Source: a virus. Taken from it: a DNA stretch of 64,000 nucleotides. The stretch covers positions 32,001 to 96,000 of the IMG/VR virus record IMGVR_UViG_3300037104_000796; one strand, given 5' to 3'. The position numbers and the translations under genes were made by a program. Position 1 is the first letter of the stretch. Each line of letters starts with the position of its first letter. The notes beneath the pieces are model-generated. The model was not told the DNA's origin. It searched no databases and worked only from the letters and a program-made list of their open reading frames with translations. Of this stretch, positions 28,220 to 37,222 are shown one piece after another.

Positions 28220-29106
28220 AATTCCTGATATTTATTTGTGAATATTAATTTTTTATCTTCTACCAATTGTTTTATTTCATTATGAGAAATAAGTTTTGTA
28301 CATTCTGTTAATTTATATTTAAAGTTATGTTGTTTACAAAATTCTATGGCAGCTTCTTTTTTTCTTTTTACACTATCACTATTCCATAAATTTTTTGGCT
28401 TAATTTCAACTAAAAATTTATCATTAATAAAAAAATCAGGATGATAAGTTCGTTTATTTTCTTTATAATCGACATAATCAACTTTATACTTTTTATTTTC
28501 GCCTGATTCCCATTTTAAATTAAATCGTTCTATAACATATATCATATAAGAAAGTTCTTTTAAAGAACGAAAAAACCAACTTTTATACCAGCCTGACCAG
28601 CCATTTCCGGAGCCTTGAGGTGAAGGTTTTCCAAACATATGATTGTTTTCACCTGAAGAAGCTAATGATATTTTGTTTCGTATTTTTATAGATTTTTCTA
28701 ATCCATAAATTTCTTCTAAAGTTTTTCCTTTTTGATGTAACGATGGATGATTTCCATGCCACGATCCATTAAAATTATGATTTTTTTCACCTGAAATACT
28801 TTTTGAGTGTTCAGCATTCATTTTAGACGCTAATTCATCACCATATAATTCTTCATAAGATTTTCCAGCCATTTTAGCGGCAGCACCTAATCCTGCGTTA
28901 ATATACTGTTTGTCTCTTACACCAGATAAAGCTTGTTCATGTTGTTTGCAACCTCTGCATAAATCTTTTGAATATTTTTTTAATCCAGCTTTTTGATTAC
29001 ATAAAGCAGATTTCCATTCTTTTCCACAAACATCACACTTTACAATAATAGATTGATAATTCGTTGTTGTTAAAGTTTTAAGTTGTTTAATTTCCGACAA
29101 AATCAT
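28201..29106 (-). CDS. Putative homing endonuclease, Zn-finger plus TnsA-like PD-(D/E)XK domain
   Basis: CDVC...CRGC; GKSYEELYG repeats; FRSLKE, YHPDFF...LVEIKP. Confidence 0.75.
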   Translation of the reverse strand: MILSEIKQLKTLTTTNYQSIIVKCDVCGKEWKSALCNQKAGLKKYSKDLCRGCKQHEQALSGVRDKQYINAGLGAAAKMAGKSYEELYGDELASKMNAEHSKSISGEKNHNFNGSWHGNHPSLHQKGKTLEEIYGLEKSIKIRNKISLASSGENNHMFGKPSPQGSGNGWSGWYKSWFFRSLKELSYMIYVIERFNLKWESGENKKYKVDYVDYKENKRTYHPDFFINDKFLVEIKPKNLWNSDSVKRKKEAAIEFCKQHNFKYKLTECTKLISHNEIKQLVEDKKLIFTNKYQELWMAQN

Positions 29107-29158
29107 GTTTTATTTTATATATTCATGATTTTTTATTCAGTAGTGTCAAAACCTTCAT

Positions 29159-29431
29159 TTAAGATTTATTGTTATAGAATAATTCCGATACAAATGACAT
29201 AAGTAGATTGATTGCTATACCTATGCATGCAACTTTCCAAAAATTCCAATCAGTATTAAAAATAATTTTTGTACTGTAGCCAAATATTAATACTTTGTAT
29301 ACAGTATATAACGCCAAGAATATTGCAGACAAAGATTCGACTACAGAATTTTTTGGAATATTCTCTGTAGTCGAATTTTTGTTATTTTTAAAGTCATTTA
29401 AACGGTCGCCTAAAGATTCGTTTTTAATCAT
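29159..29431 (-). CDS. Small membrane protein
   Basis: Two hydrophobic segments. Confidence 0.65.
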   Translation of the reverse strand: MIKNESLGDRLNDFKNNKNSTTENIPKNSVVESLSAIFLALYTVYKVLIFGYSTKIIFNTDWNFWKVACIGIAINLLMSFVSELFYNNKS

Positions 29432-30045
29432 TTCTTTTTGGTTTTAAGGTCAATTTTTTTAACCTCGGGTTTATCTTTTTCTTCTTCTTTCTTTTCTTCT
29501 CCAGGAGTTTCGCTAGCTTCGTGTTCTTCTTTCTTTTCTTTTTCTTCTGATTCGCCTTCTTCGTGTTCCTGGTGTTCTTTATTCTTTATATCATCTTTTG
29601 GAGCATTAGTTTTCGGTTCCCCTACTTTTGCTTCGCCAGGTTTTCCTTCTTTCTTTGGAAGTTCTTTTTTCTGAGCATTGCCTTCGTCACCTGCGAATGA
29701 TCCTTGTTCTTTTTTACCGTCTAAGGATGCAGGTTTTTTAGGATTTGGATTTTCAGCAGTTTTAACTTCTCCAAACATACCGGGTTTAAAATCTTTAACC
29801 GATTTAAGATCTGTTTGAAGATCATATCCTGGTTCGAATTTGGCACCACCCATGCTTATTTCAACTTTAACTTCTGTCTGTCCTTTTTGATATTCTCTTT
29901 TAAGCCAGTCATAAGACTTTTTATTTCCATCAGGAATAATTATGCCTTCGGCATCAGTTAAACCTTCTCCACCTGTCATCATAGGAGTTGATTCTTCATA
30001 AAGCTTGTCTAAATAGTCGTTGATGTTAAAATTACCTGCTTTCAT
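29428..30045 (-). CDS. Highly charged hypothetical protein, late-type; possible processed head protein
   Basis: Late motif at 30059-30068; N-terminal ...KLYEE; E/K/H-rich tail. Confidence 0.7.
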   Translation of the reverse strand: MKAGNFNINDYLDKLYEESTPMMTGGEGLTDAEGIIIPDGNKKSYDWLKREYQKGQTEVKVEISMGGAKFEPGYDLQTDLKSVKDFKPGMFGEVKTAENPNPKKPASLDGKKEQGSFAGDEGNAQKKELPKKEGKPGEAKVGEPKTNAPKDDIKNKEHQEHEEGESEEKEKKEEHEASETPGEEKKEEEKDKPEVKKIDLKTKKK

Positions 30046-30104
30046 AAGTATACTTTATTTTATATATCTTATATATTTTATATTAAAATGATTTTCGATT
30101 CTTT

Positions 30105-30779
30105 TTATTCGTCAAATGTTATGAATTCAAAATATTTATTCATGTTTTTTCGATCCGTTCTAAAAAAGTTAGTTTGATTAGCTTTCATGTTAGTTTCTGT
30201 ATGAAGACGTTTTATCGTATATAAAACAACTTTTACATCTTTTAATTTATCTGAAGTTTTAACATAATATACTGTTGCAAGGTTTTCATCGTATTCCGCT
30301 TTTAATACTATGATGTATTGTTTTTTATCAATTGCCTGATAATCATGTGAAGCGCCAAATCCCATATTTGGTATAAAAATTTTTATAAGCTTATTGCCTC
30401 CATTCGTATCCATGACTTCAAATTCATGTTTAGCACGAAGTATACTTCCTAATCGTAAATTATCAATGTTTCCTGTGCCAATACCCATATCTGTTATAGG
30501 ATCGCTTTCATCATTAAATTTTTCATGTAAATTTTCTTTAACTAATTTTGCTGTTTCTAAAGTATCATAAATTCTGTATTGACGATCTTTTTTACGCATT
30601 TCTATAAACTCTTTAATTTTGGCCTTTGTTCCTACAAATGTTCTATCAAATTCTTGATTATCCCAATTTCTAGTCCAAGCATAATCTATAGAATATATTT
30701 TTTTATCTATTCCTATTTTCATATCTTTAATAGGATCGCTTGCATCACTGAATTTTTCAAATACGAATTGAGCTCTCAT
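30105..30779 (-). CDS. Tagged-family protein with two tag copies (two-module polyprotein)
   Basis: VFE-KFSDASDPIKDMKIG at the start and LHE-KFNDESDPITDMGIG internally. Confidence 0.8.
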   Translation of the reverse strand: MRAQFVFEKFSDASDPIKDMKIGIDKKIYSIDYAWTRNWDNQEFDRTFVGTKAKIKEFIEMRKKDRQYRIYDTLETAKLVKENLHEKFNDESDPITDMGIGTGNIDNLRLGSILRAKHEFEVMDTNGGNKLIKIFIPNMGFGASHDYQAIDKKQYIIVLKAEYDENLATVYYVKTSDKLKDVKVVLYTIKRLHTETNMKANQTNFFRTDRKNMNKYFEFITFDE

Positions 30780-31237
30780 TATGTTTTAAAGAATTTTTCA
30801 TTAGGTTTTGGAAGTCTTGTTAATACCCATTTTTTATTATTTGGATTTTTATGACAATATGTGAGAAGTATTCCTTGAGGATATCTTTCTCCATGATTAC
30901 CATTATTACTACCTATAAGACGAGTATTCCAATGACCACGTGTTCTTCTTGCTGATGTGTCATACATCAATTTAGTTTTAGGATTGTAATTTCTAACGGG
31001 TTCTTTTTTCCAAAATTTTTCAGGATTATGTCCTTCACATTCAGTCCAAATGAAAAACTGTATTTCTGTAAGTGACGCACCTTCTTCGCCTTTTTCTTCA
31101 ATGAATTTTAGAATTTTCCAAGCTGCTCTATTCAATTGACTTTCAGGATACCCGATGTTCATATCTTTTATTGGATCTGTTACATCTGCAAACTTTTCAT
31201 TAAGGCATTCGTTGACATATTTTGCTTTCATTCGCAA
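30779..31237 (-). CDS. Tagged-family protein
   Basis: LNE-KFADVTDPIKDMNIG; late motif at 31249-31258. Confidence 0.8.
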   Translation of the reverse strand: MRMKAKYVNECLNEKFADVTDPIKDMNIGYPESQLNRAAWKILKFIEEKGEEGASLTEIQFFIWTECEGHNPEKFWKKEPVRNYNPKTKLMYDTSARRTRGHWNTRLIGSNNGNHGERYPQGILLTYCHKNPNNKKWVLTRLPKPNEKFFKT

Positions 31238-31248
31238 TCATAGTTTTT

Positions 31249-31713
31249 CTATATATTCAGGCAATTGTTAGGCCGTTTCCCTTTCATTCTTTCACTTTTC
31301 TTTTTATTTTGTTGCGTTGTATGTTTTCTTCCTACATTTTTTCCAATCATTGATTTACTTCGTTTTTTTCTTGTTTCTTCAGATATAGGTGTATTTGAAA
31401 GTAATTCTCGAGCATATACGTAATCTCTTGAAGAAATTTTATCTCTTCCATGTTTATCAAATGTCATTCTATGAAATGCCAAAGTAATTTTTCTATTTCC
31501 TTTATAAATATAAGTCAATAATTTATGACATACATAGTGTTCTCGAGCAGTTAATAAAATTCGATTAAATCGGTCATTACTTCCGCCTAAGCATTTCGCA
31601 ACAATATGATGATCTTCATAATAAACATACTTTGGATCGTTTTTCTTAAAACGCATTCTATTTTGAGATTTTGCGTTACTTATTATGTTATTATAGATTT
31701 TTTGATGATTCAT
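31249..31713 (-). CDS. HNH homing endonuclease (start MNHQ at 31713)
   Basis: EDHHIVAKCLGG...LLTAREHYVCH; ETRKKRSKSMIGK NUMOD3-like. Confidence 0.85.
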   Translation of the reverse strand: MNHQKIYNNIISNAKSQNRMRFKKNDPKYVYYEDHHIVAKCLGGSNDRFNRILLTAREHYVCHKLLTYIYKGNRKITLAFHRMTFDKHGRDKISSRDYVYARELLSNTPISEETRKKRSKSMIGKNVGRKHTTQQNKKKSERMKGKRPNNCLNI

Positions 31714-31734
31714 TTGTGCATGCATTACTTCAAT

Positions 31735-31764
31735 AAAAAAGCTGAGCATGTGCTCAGCTTTTAA
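31735..31764 (-). terminator. Intrinsic terminator downstream of tmRNA
   Basis: AAAAGCTGAGCA-TG-TGCTCAGCTTTT palindrome with a T tract on the minus strand. Confidence 0.8.
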
Positions 31765-32025
31765 AAGCCGGACATTGAGGCCGCCGGCAGTTTCCTGTAA
31801 ATGAGTGCTTCTTAAGCAGCCATTTTCATTTCATAAACTGTATTGTCGTTTATTTACGTATCAAGTACTATCTTTACTACTTCCTTATCGCTGTCAAATC
31901 TAAGTCATCCCCTAAAAACCGTACTAACGCGACGGGTTAGCGCAATAAAAGTGATAGTGGAGATGCCGGTTTCCGCCACCGGGTCCAAACGATAGTCTCT
32001 CGCAAATAGCTTTTTGCAAAGCGCG
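31765..32025 (-). ncRNA. ssrA: Circularly permuted (two-piece) tmRNA gene
   Basis: Minus-strand order: T-arm CCGGT-GGCGGAA-ACCGG plus acceptor 3' strand CATCTCC-A (31965-31958); then a 45-nt intervening segment; then the 5' strand GGGGATG (G1=31912, G3.U70 Ala identity) with ACTTAGATTTGAC; then the tag frame AATAAAC-GAC...GCT GCT TAA (31847-31812). Outer boundaries are approximate. Confidence 0.88.
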
Positions 32026-32028
32026 TCC

Positions 32029-32769
32029 TTAATATCTTTTTCCTATTTTAATTATAGGTTCATTTCTTTTAAAAATCAATTCTTCTATTTGTTCAAAATT
32101 GATATAATCATTCTCATCGACTCGAATTAAACGATAATCATTTTTTAAACACCATTCTTCAAGTAATTTGTCTTTTACTTGTTTTAGTTCCAATTGTCCA
32201 TTTATGTCTTTAAAATGCCAAATTCCATCATATTCAAAACAAACTTTTAAAATGTCTGAATACAAATCTCTTGTTAAACTTACATGATTAAATATCAGCC
32301 TTCCTCCTGTTTTCCAATGATATTGAGGATAAGTGATTTTAAAATAATCTACTATATTTCGTTCTGTTTTTGATGAGAATTTTTTATTTTTGCTTTGTTT
32401 TTCAAAATACGAATCATTATCATATTTTCCTTCTTTCCAGGCCTTTGCAACAGATTTGCTTGTTTGCGCTTTACTTTCTTCTGTTCTTTTTCGTAGTTTA
32501 TTAGCGCAAGAAATGCTACAAATTTGCTTTGTTATAGGCTTATTTTCTCGGTGTCTTACAGTAAATTCTTTTCCACAAATTACACAATGAAGTTTTTCTT
32601 TAATGATTTTTCCTCCATTTAAATTTTCTTCTCTTTCGATAAATTTGGCTCGAGAAAGTTCTTTGGATTTCAAATTTTTATATGCGTATCCTAAATGTTT
32701 CCATCTGTGATGATTTGCTTTTGCTTGAAAAGTTTCAAATTCAATTCCACATTCTTCACATTTATACAT
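32029..32769 (-). CDS. Putative homing endonuclease: C2H2/CxxC zinc fingers plus Vsr/DUF559-like nuclease domain
   Basis: CEECG..F......HHRWKH; SKTE, CFEYDGIWHF, KDKLL...YRLIRV. Confidence 0.75.
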   Translation of the reverse strand: MYKCEECGIEFETFQAKANHHRWKHLGYAYKNLKSKELSRAKFIEREENLNGGKIIKEKLHCVICGKEFTVRHRENKPITKQICSISCANKLRKRTEESKAQTSKSVAKAWKEGKYDNDSYFEKQSKNKKFSSKTERNIVDYFKITYPQYHWKTGGRLIFNHVSLTRDLYSDILKVCFEYDGIWHFKDINGQLELKQVKDKLLEEWCLKNDYRLIRVDENDYINFEQIEELIFKRNEPIIKIGKRY

Positions 32770-32856
32770 ATCTAAGGTTCGCAGTATATTTTTATTAGTA
32801 CAATATAATACAAATTTGCTTAATTATACTATTTATTCTGTTAAATTTTTGTTAAA

Positions 32857-33138
32857 TTATGCAGTTGGTGTTACAGGTGCAACTACTGTTAAAGCTGCTA
32901 AAGCTTTTTTCTCGGCTCTTCGACGTTTAATCTCAGAAATAAGAAGAATAACTCCCCATGCAATAAGAATAACTCCCACAAATTTACTTACTGTAAAGCA
33001 AATAAATACTGCTAAAGCTAAATAACTAAGTTGTGCACAATATGCATAACGCAAAAATTGTTTTACAGCTTTTACTATTTTATCAAAGATGGGTTTAAGT
33101 TTTGAACCATCCCACCAAATTTTAAGTTTTTTAAACAT
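32857..33138 (-). CDS. Small membrane protein (2 TM)
   Basis: Hydrophobic hairpin with a basic C-terminus. Confidence 0.7.
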   Translation of the reverse strand: MFKKLKIWWDGSKLKPIFDKIVKAVKQFLRYAYCAQLSYLALAVFICFTVSKFVGVILIAWGVILLISEIKRRRAEKKALAALTVVAPVTPTA

Positions 33139-33148
33139 GTGTTTAATT

Positions 33149-33241
33149 TTATTTTTGTTTACGTTCTGGTAATAAAAGTGCTATTGCAATAAGTACAATG
33201 ATCACTAATACTGGCCAAATTCCTTGTATTATTTCTAACAT
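33149..33241 (-). CDS. 30-aa single-TM microprotein (not in ORF track)
   Basis: My translation: MLEIIQGIWPVLVIIVLIAIALLLPERKQK*; fills the gap between portal and 33138. Confidence 0.55.
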   Translation of the reverse strand: MLEIIQGIWPVLVIIVLIAIALLLPERKQK

Positions 33242-33260
33242 ATTTTCTATTTTTTAATTG

Positions 33261-35075
33261 TTACAATCCTAAATCTGTTCCACCTGTGTCTCCACCTGTT
33301 TCACCACCAACTTCTCCACCACCTGCTTCACCACCCGGTTCTTCAGGTGCTCCGCCGCCTAAGTCCATTCCTGCACCGGCTCCAAAGTCCATTCCTCCAC
33401 CGCCTCCGCCAAGGTCTCCGCCGCCAGCTCCTTCATCTCCTGTACCTTTAGTAGCATTTACACGTTTAACAGCATCTGCAATACGGGTAAGTTGTTCTCT
33501 TCTTTCTTTCTTATATCTTTCATTGATCTTGATATCTTCATCAGTAAAGTTCATGTATCTTTCAACCAAGAATTTAGGGTCAAAATACATACCTTCATTT
33601 GTGATATTTCCTTCACCATCAACTTCTGGCTGATGTACACCCATAAGGGTATTGACCATTTCAGCACCTTTGCCATCAATATCTCTTTTCTTAGCTTCTG
33701 TAAATAAGTTTTCTTCAACGAATTCAAGACTGATTGCACCTCTTAAAGATTTATCTTTAATGAATACAGGGTGTTTGAGACAGAACTGAATCCATGTAGG
33801 TTTCATTAAAATTTCTTGCATAATAGAACGAATTCTATTGATGAAATAATTGAAACGAATTTCTTCTCTTGCAATACCTTCGCCACCTGATGACCAATTT
33901 GCTCCACCACCGCCTTCATCTCCAGTTGATTGGAATCTGTCTTTTGGAATTTTAGTTTCGATAATGAATCTCTTCCAGAAATAATCAAGTGCCATAGTTC
34001 CTGATAAGTCATATCCTGCAGGTTGAATAGAATCTATAATTGTTTCTTGACCTTCTTTTGAAGGTATAATGTATTGTTTTGCGAATGAGAAGTTTGGTGT
34101 TCCGTTAATTGTAACTTCACCACTATGATAATCAATTGTGATATCCTCTTTGTACATACCACGTAATTCAGAAAGTCTTGTTCTTGCTTTTACTTCTGAT
34201 TGTGTACCGATTGGAACTACAATTTTCATACGATATTGTGAGTTAACAACGTTCCAAATAATACGTGAATTTTCCATTGTACGTAACATATTGAATGCTC
34301 TTACAAGTCTTTCAACGTATGATAATCTTGATATGAAGTTTCCCCTAGCCCATGATATGTAAATTACGTTTCCATCAACTAATTCTCTTTGTCTTTCAGC
34401 ATCACCTCTAAACTGAATCCATACTCGATATTCATTATCATTTTCATCTTTACGAATTTCTGGTTCAAGAGAGCAAGGATCAAGTTCTTTAAAACCTAAA
34501 ATGTTTTTTGCATCTTCACTGTTTTCACCATCGTAAATAATTTCAAATGCCAAGAATCCATCAATAAGGAATTTTTTAGTGTAATGCCATCCATCATGGC
34601 CTTGATTAAATCCGAATGCATAATAAACTTTCTTATATGCTTCATTAAGGTCATCAACAATTTCTTTAGCTTTTTCAGCTTTAAGAACTGATTTAAGTTT
34701 TTGCGTATTAGGATAAGCAAAAAAGTTATTATCGTCCTGAACAATTGTTTCGTCTGCAATAACTTCGATAACGTGTTCTATTTCTCCATTCATAGCAAAT
34801 CTACGAAGGAAATCTCTTCTTGTAGGATATTCTTTATCAAAGAAAGCAATAAATTCTTTTGCTCCAATGTCCATACCTGATGCCAACTGATGTTGACCAT
34901 AAAGGCTATACATTGAATCTTCTTGTACTTCAGTAATACCAATTGATTTAGATTGCTTAATAATATTTTGATCCCATCGCATTCCGATAATTGACAAATA
35001 ACGAATATTTCGTTGAATGTTATCTATAAAAGAACGAGGTCCTCTGTCTAAATTTCTAAGTCCGAATCCGGCCAT
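33261..35075 (-). CDS. Portal protein (T4 gp20-like)
   Basis: EIEHVIEVIADE, FLIDG.L.F, SYVERLVRAFNMLRTMENSRIIW, IAREEIRFNYFINRIR; Gly/acidic C-tail; late motif at about 35093-35103. Confidence 0.9.
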   Translation of the reverse strand: MAGFGLRNLDRGPRSFIDNIQRNIRYLSIIGMRWDQNIIKQSKSIGITEVQEDSMYSLYGQHQLASGMDIGAKEFIAFFDKEYPTRRDFLRRFAMNGEIEHVIEVIADETIVQDDNNFFAYPNTQKLKSVLKAEKAKEIVDDLNEAYKKVYYAFGFNQGHDGWHYTKKFLIDGFLAFEIIYDGENSEDAKNILGFKELDPCSLEPEIRKDENDNEYRVWIQFRGDAERQRELVDGNVIYISWARGNFISRLSYVERLVRAFNMLRTMENSRIIWNVVNSQYRMKIVVPIGTQSEVKARTRLSELRGMYKEDITIDYHSGEVTINGTPNFSFAKQYIIPSKEGQETIIDSIQPAGYDLSGTMALDYFWKRFIIETKIPKDRFQSTGDEGGGGANWSSGGEGIAREEIRFNYFINRIRSIMQEILMKPTWIQFCLKHPVFIKDKSLRGAISLEFVEENLFTEAKKRDIDGKGAEMVNTLMGVHQPEVDGEGNITNEGMYFDPKFLVERYMNFTDEDIKINERYKKERREQLTRIADAVKRVNATKGTGDEGAGGGDLGGGGGGMDFGAGAGMDLGGGAPEEPGGEAGGGEVGGETGGDTGGTDLGL

Positions 35076-35093
35076 TTTTGATAGTTATTTATT

Positions 35094-35816
35094 TTATATA
35101 TTTAACGTGACATTTAGTTTTGTTTTATTGTCTACATTATAATGTTGTCCTCTTTTTGATTTAATCATATTTTCAATAAACATTTTATATTTTGAAGTTC
35201 CTTCAATTTCTCCATATTTTTCAATAAATCCTTGTAATCTTGATTTATCTTTTCTTTCTTTTAATTTACTTATATACGTATTATATAAAATTAATCCTTC
35301 AGTTTCTCCATATCTTTTTGAAAAATGATATAAATTATTTTTTCCTTCTGTACTGTGTTTGATTTTATCTATCGTTTTTTGTGTTACTATTTTTCCAATA
35401 TGCGAAATACTTAAATTGTGTTTATGATCTTCAGAAAAACTTTGTCCTTTTTTTCCATTACTTATTTTTTTTCGTGTTTCTGTTGACATTTGTAAAGACG
35501 ATAATAATTCTTTTGCGTATGCATAATCTCTAGATGAAACTATATTTCCATATCTTTTATTAAATGACATATAGAAGAATGCTTGAGCTATTTTTCTATT
35601 TTCTTTATAAATGTATGTTAGTAATTTATGACAAACAAAATGTTCTCTAGCAGTTAATAAAACTTTATTATTTTGATCTTCATTTACTCCAATACATTTA
35701 GGTAAAATATGATGATTTTCATAATAAATATAGCCTATTTGATTTTTCTTTATTCTAATTCTATTTTCAAATTTTGCTTTTTGAATTATAGTTTCGTAAA
35801 CTTTTTGATGATTCAT
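35094..35816 (-). CDS. HNH homing endonuclease
   Basis: ENHHILPKCIG...LLTAREHFVCH; ETRKKISNGKKG. Confidence 0.85.
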   Translation of the reverse strand: MNHQKVYETIIQKAKFENRIRIKKNQIGYIYYENHHILPKCIGVNEDQNNKVLLTAREHFVCHKLLTYIYKENRKIAQAFFYMSFNKRYGNIVSSRDYAYAKELLSSLQMSTETRKKISNGKKGQSFSEDHKHNLSISHIGKIVTQKTIDKIKHSTEGKNNLYHFSKRYGETEGLILYNTYISKLKERKDKSRLQGFIEKYGEIEGTSKYKMFIENMIKSKRGQHYNVDNKTKLNVTLNI

Positions 35817-35818
35817 TT

Positions 35819-36523
35819 TTATTTATTAGCGTTTTTATTGTCCCAATATGTTCTGTGAATTTCAGCTATGTTAATTTTCTTAAATGATTGCTGAGCATCA
35901 TAAAAAGGTATGTATTTCCATTCTTCATATTCAATCATTCTAAACTTTGCCAAATTTTGTAAGTGATATGATCGATAAGCATATTCAAAAAATGCTCCTT
36001 GTTGGTCATTAAATTGTTTAAAAAGTTGTGGGTTTTTACCTGTTAAAGAAATTATCATGTAATTTATGTTGACTGCCAATTTGTTATACTCTGTTTTCTC
36101 TTCTATTCTATCAAGAAATAATTTATAGTTATTAAAATATGCTTGTAAAAATTTCAATCTTTCTGAAGATGGCAACATCGTTAGATTCAATCCTTTCATT
36201 AAAGCTGTCATTGGATTAAATGAAGTACAAAAACAGATAGGTGTAAAATCGTGAAACTGAATAGTTTTTCCGGTTTTAAGATTTTGAAGTTCCTGTAAAT
36301 TATTAGGACTTAAATTGATAAATGTGTAAATCATTCCTGGGACAGGTCTTCCAAAAGCTAATCTTTTAACAAGTGATTCTTGATCTGTAGATTCAATATC
36401 AATTAGTTTGTGATCACCCTTTAAATCATATTTCAAATACGTATTAAACAAACGATCATACGCGACATCACGAATGTTATCTATATGTTTTAATTTTTCA
36501 TATGTATCTTTGGGTGAGTCCAT
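35819..36523 (-). CDS. DNA end protector-like protein (T4 gp2-like)
   Basis: PGMIYTF, FHDFTPI, GLNLTMLP..RLKFL pattern; near the gp4-like gene as in T4-like phages. Confidence 0.55.
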   Translation of the reverse strand: MDSPKDTYEKLKHIDNIRDVAYDRLFNTYLKYDLKGDHKLIDIESTDQESLVKRLAFGRPVPGMIYTFINLSPNNLQELQNLKTGKTIQFHDFTPICFCTSFNPMTALMKGLNLTMLPSSERLKFLQAYFNNYKLFLDRIEEKTEYNKLAVNINYMIISLTGKNPQLFKQFNDQQGAFFEYAYRSYHLQNLAKFRMIEYEEWKYIPFYDAQQSFKKINIAEIHRTYWDNKNANK

Positions 36524-37182
36524 TATGCATTATTTTGTTTGCAATTCTCTCCGTGATATTTTTTAAAATTTCCCGGATCAATTTCTCTATGACAGTGAGG
36601 ACATAATTTTTTGATACGTTTAAGTGCCCCTTTTTCATAATTTTTAATTTGTTCTTTTGTACGATGTTTCCCAGATAATGATTTTGAAAGTTTTAACGTA
36701 TATTCTTTCATTTTTTTATCAGCTTTTTCTTTTCCTAATGTGTTAAACCAATGATCATATACAGATATACCATGCATGCCATTTTTATTTCCCTTTCGAG
36801 AATTGCCCATTTTGTCTTTTGTTTCTTTTGATGCTGTTAACCCCGTATGAGCCTTACGTATTTTATTTTTTGATTCTTCTGAATGTTTAAAACAATTTTT
36901 AACACAAAGTCCGCCCGTAGGACTTATATTATAGCCTATAGGCACTAATGTGTTATATTTAACTATGTATTTTTCTTGTGCGTCAAATGCTTCTTTTTTT
37001 GTTTCAAAAAATTCTAGAATTTCCTTTTTAAAATTTTGTCTATCATATTTATTTAAAGCTCTAATAATATTTCCACTACCTAAATATGTATCATTTAAAT
37101 CATCAGTAGAATGATCACCCACATATTGCTTTCCGTTTATTGAATTTGTAGTAATATAAACAAAATTAAATTTTTTCTCCAT
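36523..37182 (-). CDS. GIY-YIG homing endonuclease
   Basis: FVYITTNSINGKQYVG..YLGSG..FKKEILE..GYN; CPHC...YHGENC. Confidence 0.88.
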   Translation of the reverse strand: MEKKFNFVYITTNSINGKQYVGDHSTDDLNDTYLGSGNIIRALNKYDRQNFKKEILEFFETKKEAFDAQEKYIVKYNTLVPIGYNISPTGGLCVKNCFKHSEESKNKIRKAHTGLTASKETKDKMGNSRKGNKNGMHGISVYDHWFNTLGKEKADKKMKEYTLKLSKSLSGKHRTKEQIKNYEKGALKRIKKLCPHCHREIDPGNFKKYHGENCKQNNA

Positions 37183-37222
37183 TTATATTTTAATTTATAT
37201 ATTCACAATTAATCGGAGAATT

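Noticed and set aside
28201-29106. Tn7-like transposon (TnsA-like domain)
   Set aside because: There are no tnsB/C genes or terminal repeats, and the domain architecture matches free-standing phage endonucleases.
31714-31749. N-terminal extension MLSFFIEVMHAQ of the HNH ORF
   Set aside because: It lies in a terminator hairpin, and the paralogs all start at MNHQ.
31955-31995. Stand-alone tRNA gene
   Set aside because: Only a T-arm and acceptor 3' strand are present, with no anticodon arm; the matching 5' strand lies downstream, as in a permuted tmRNA.
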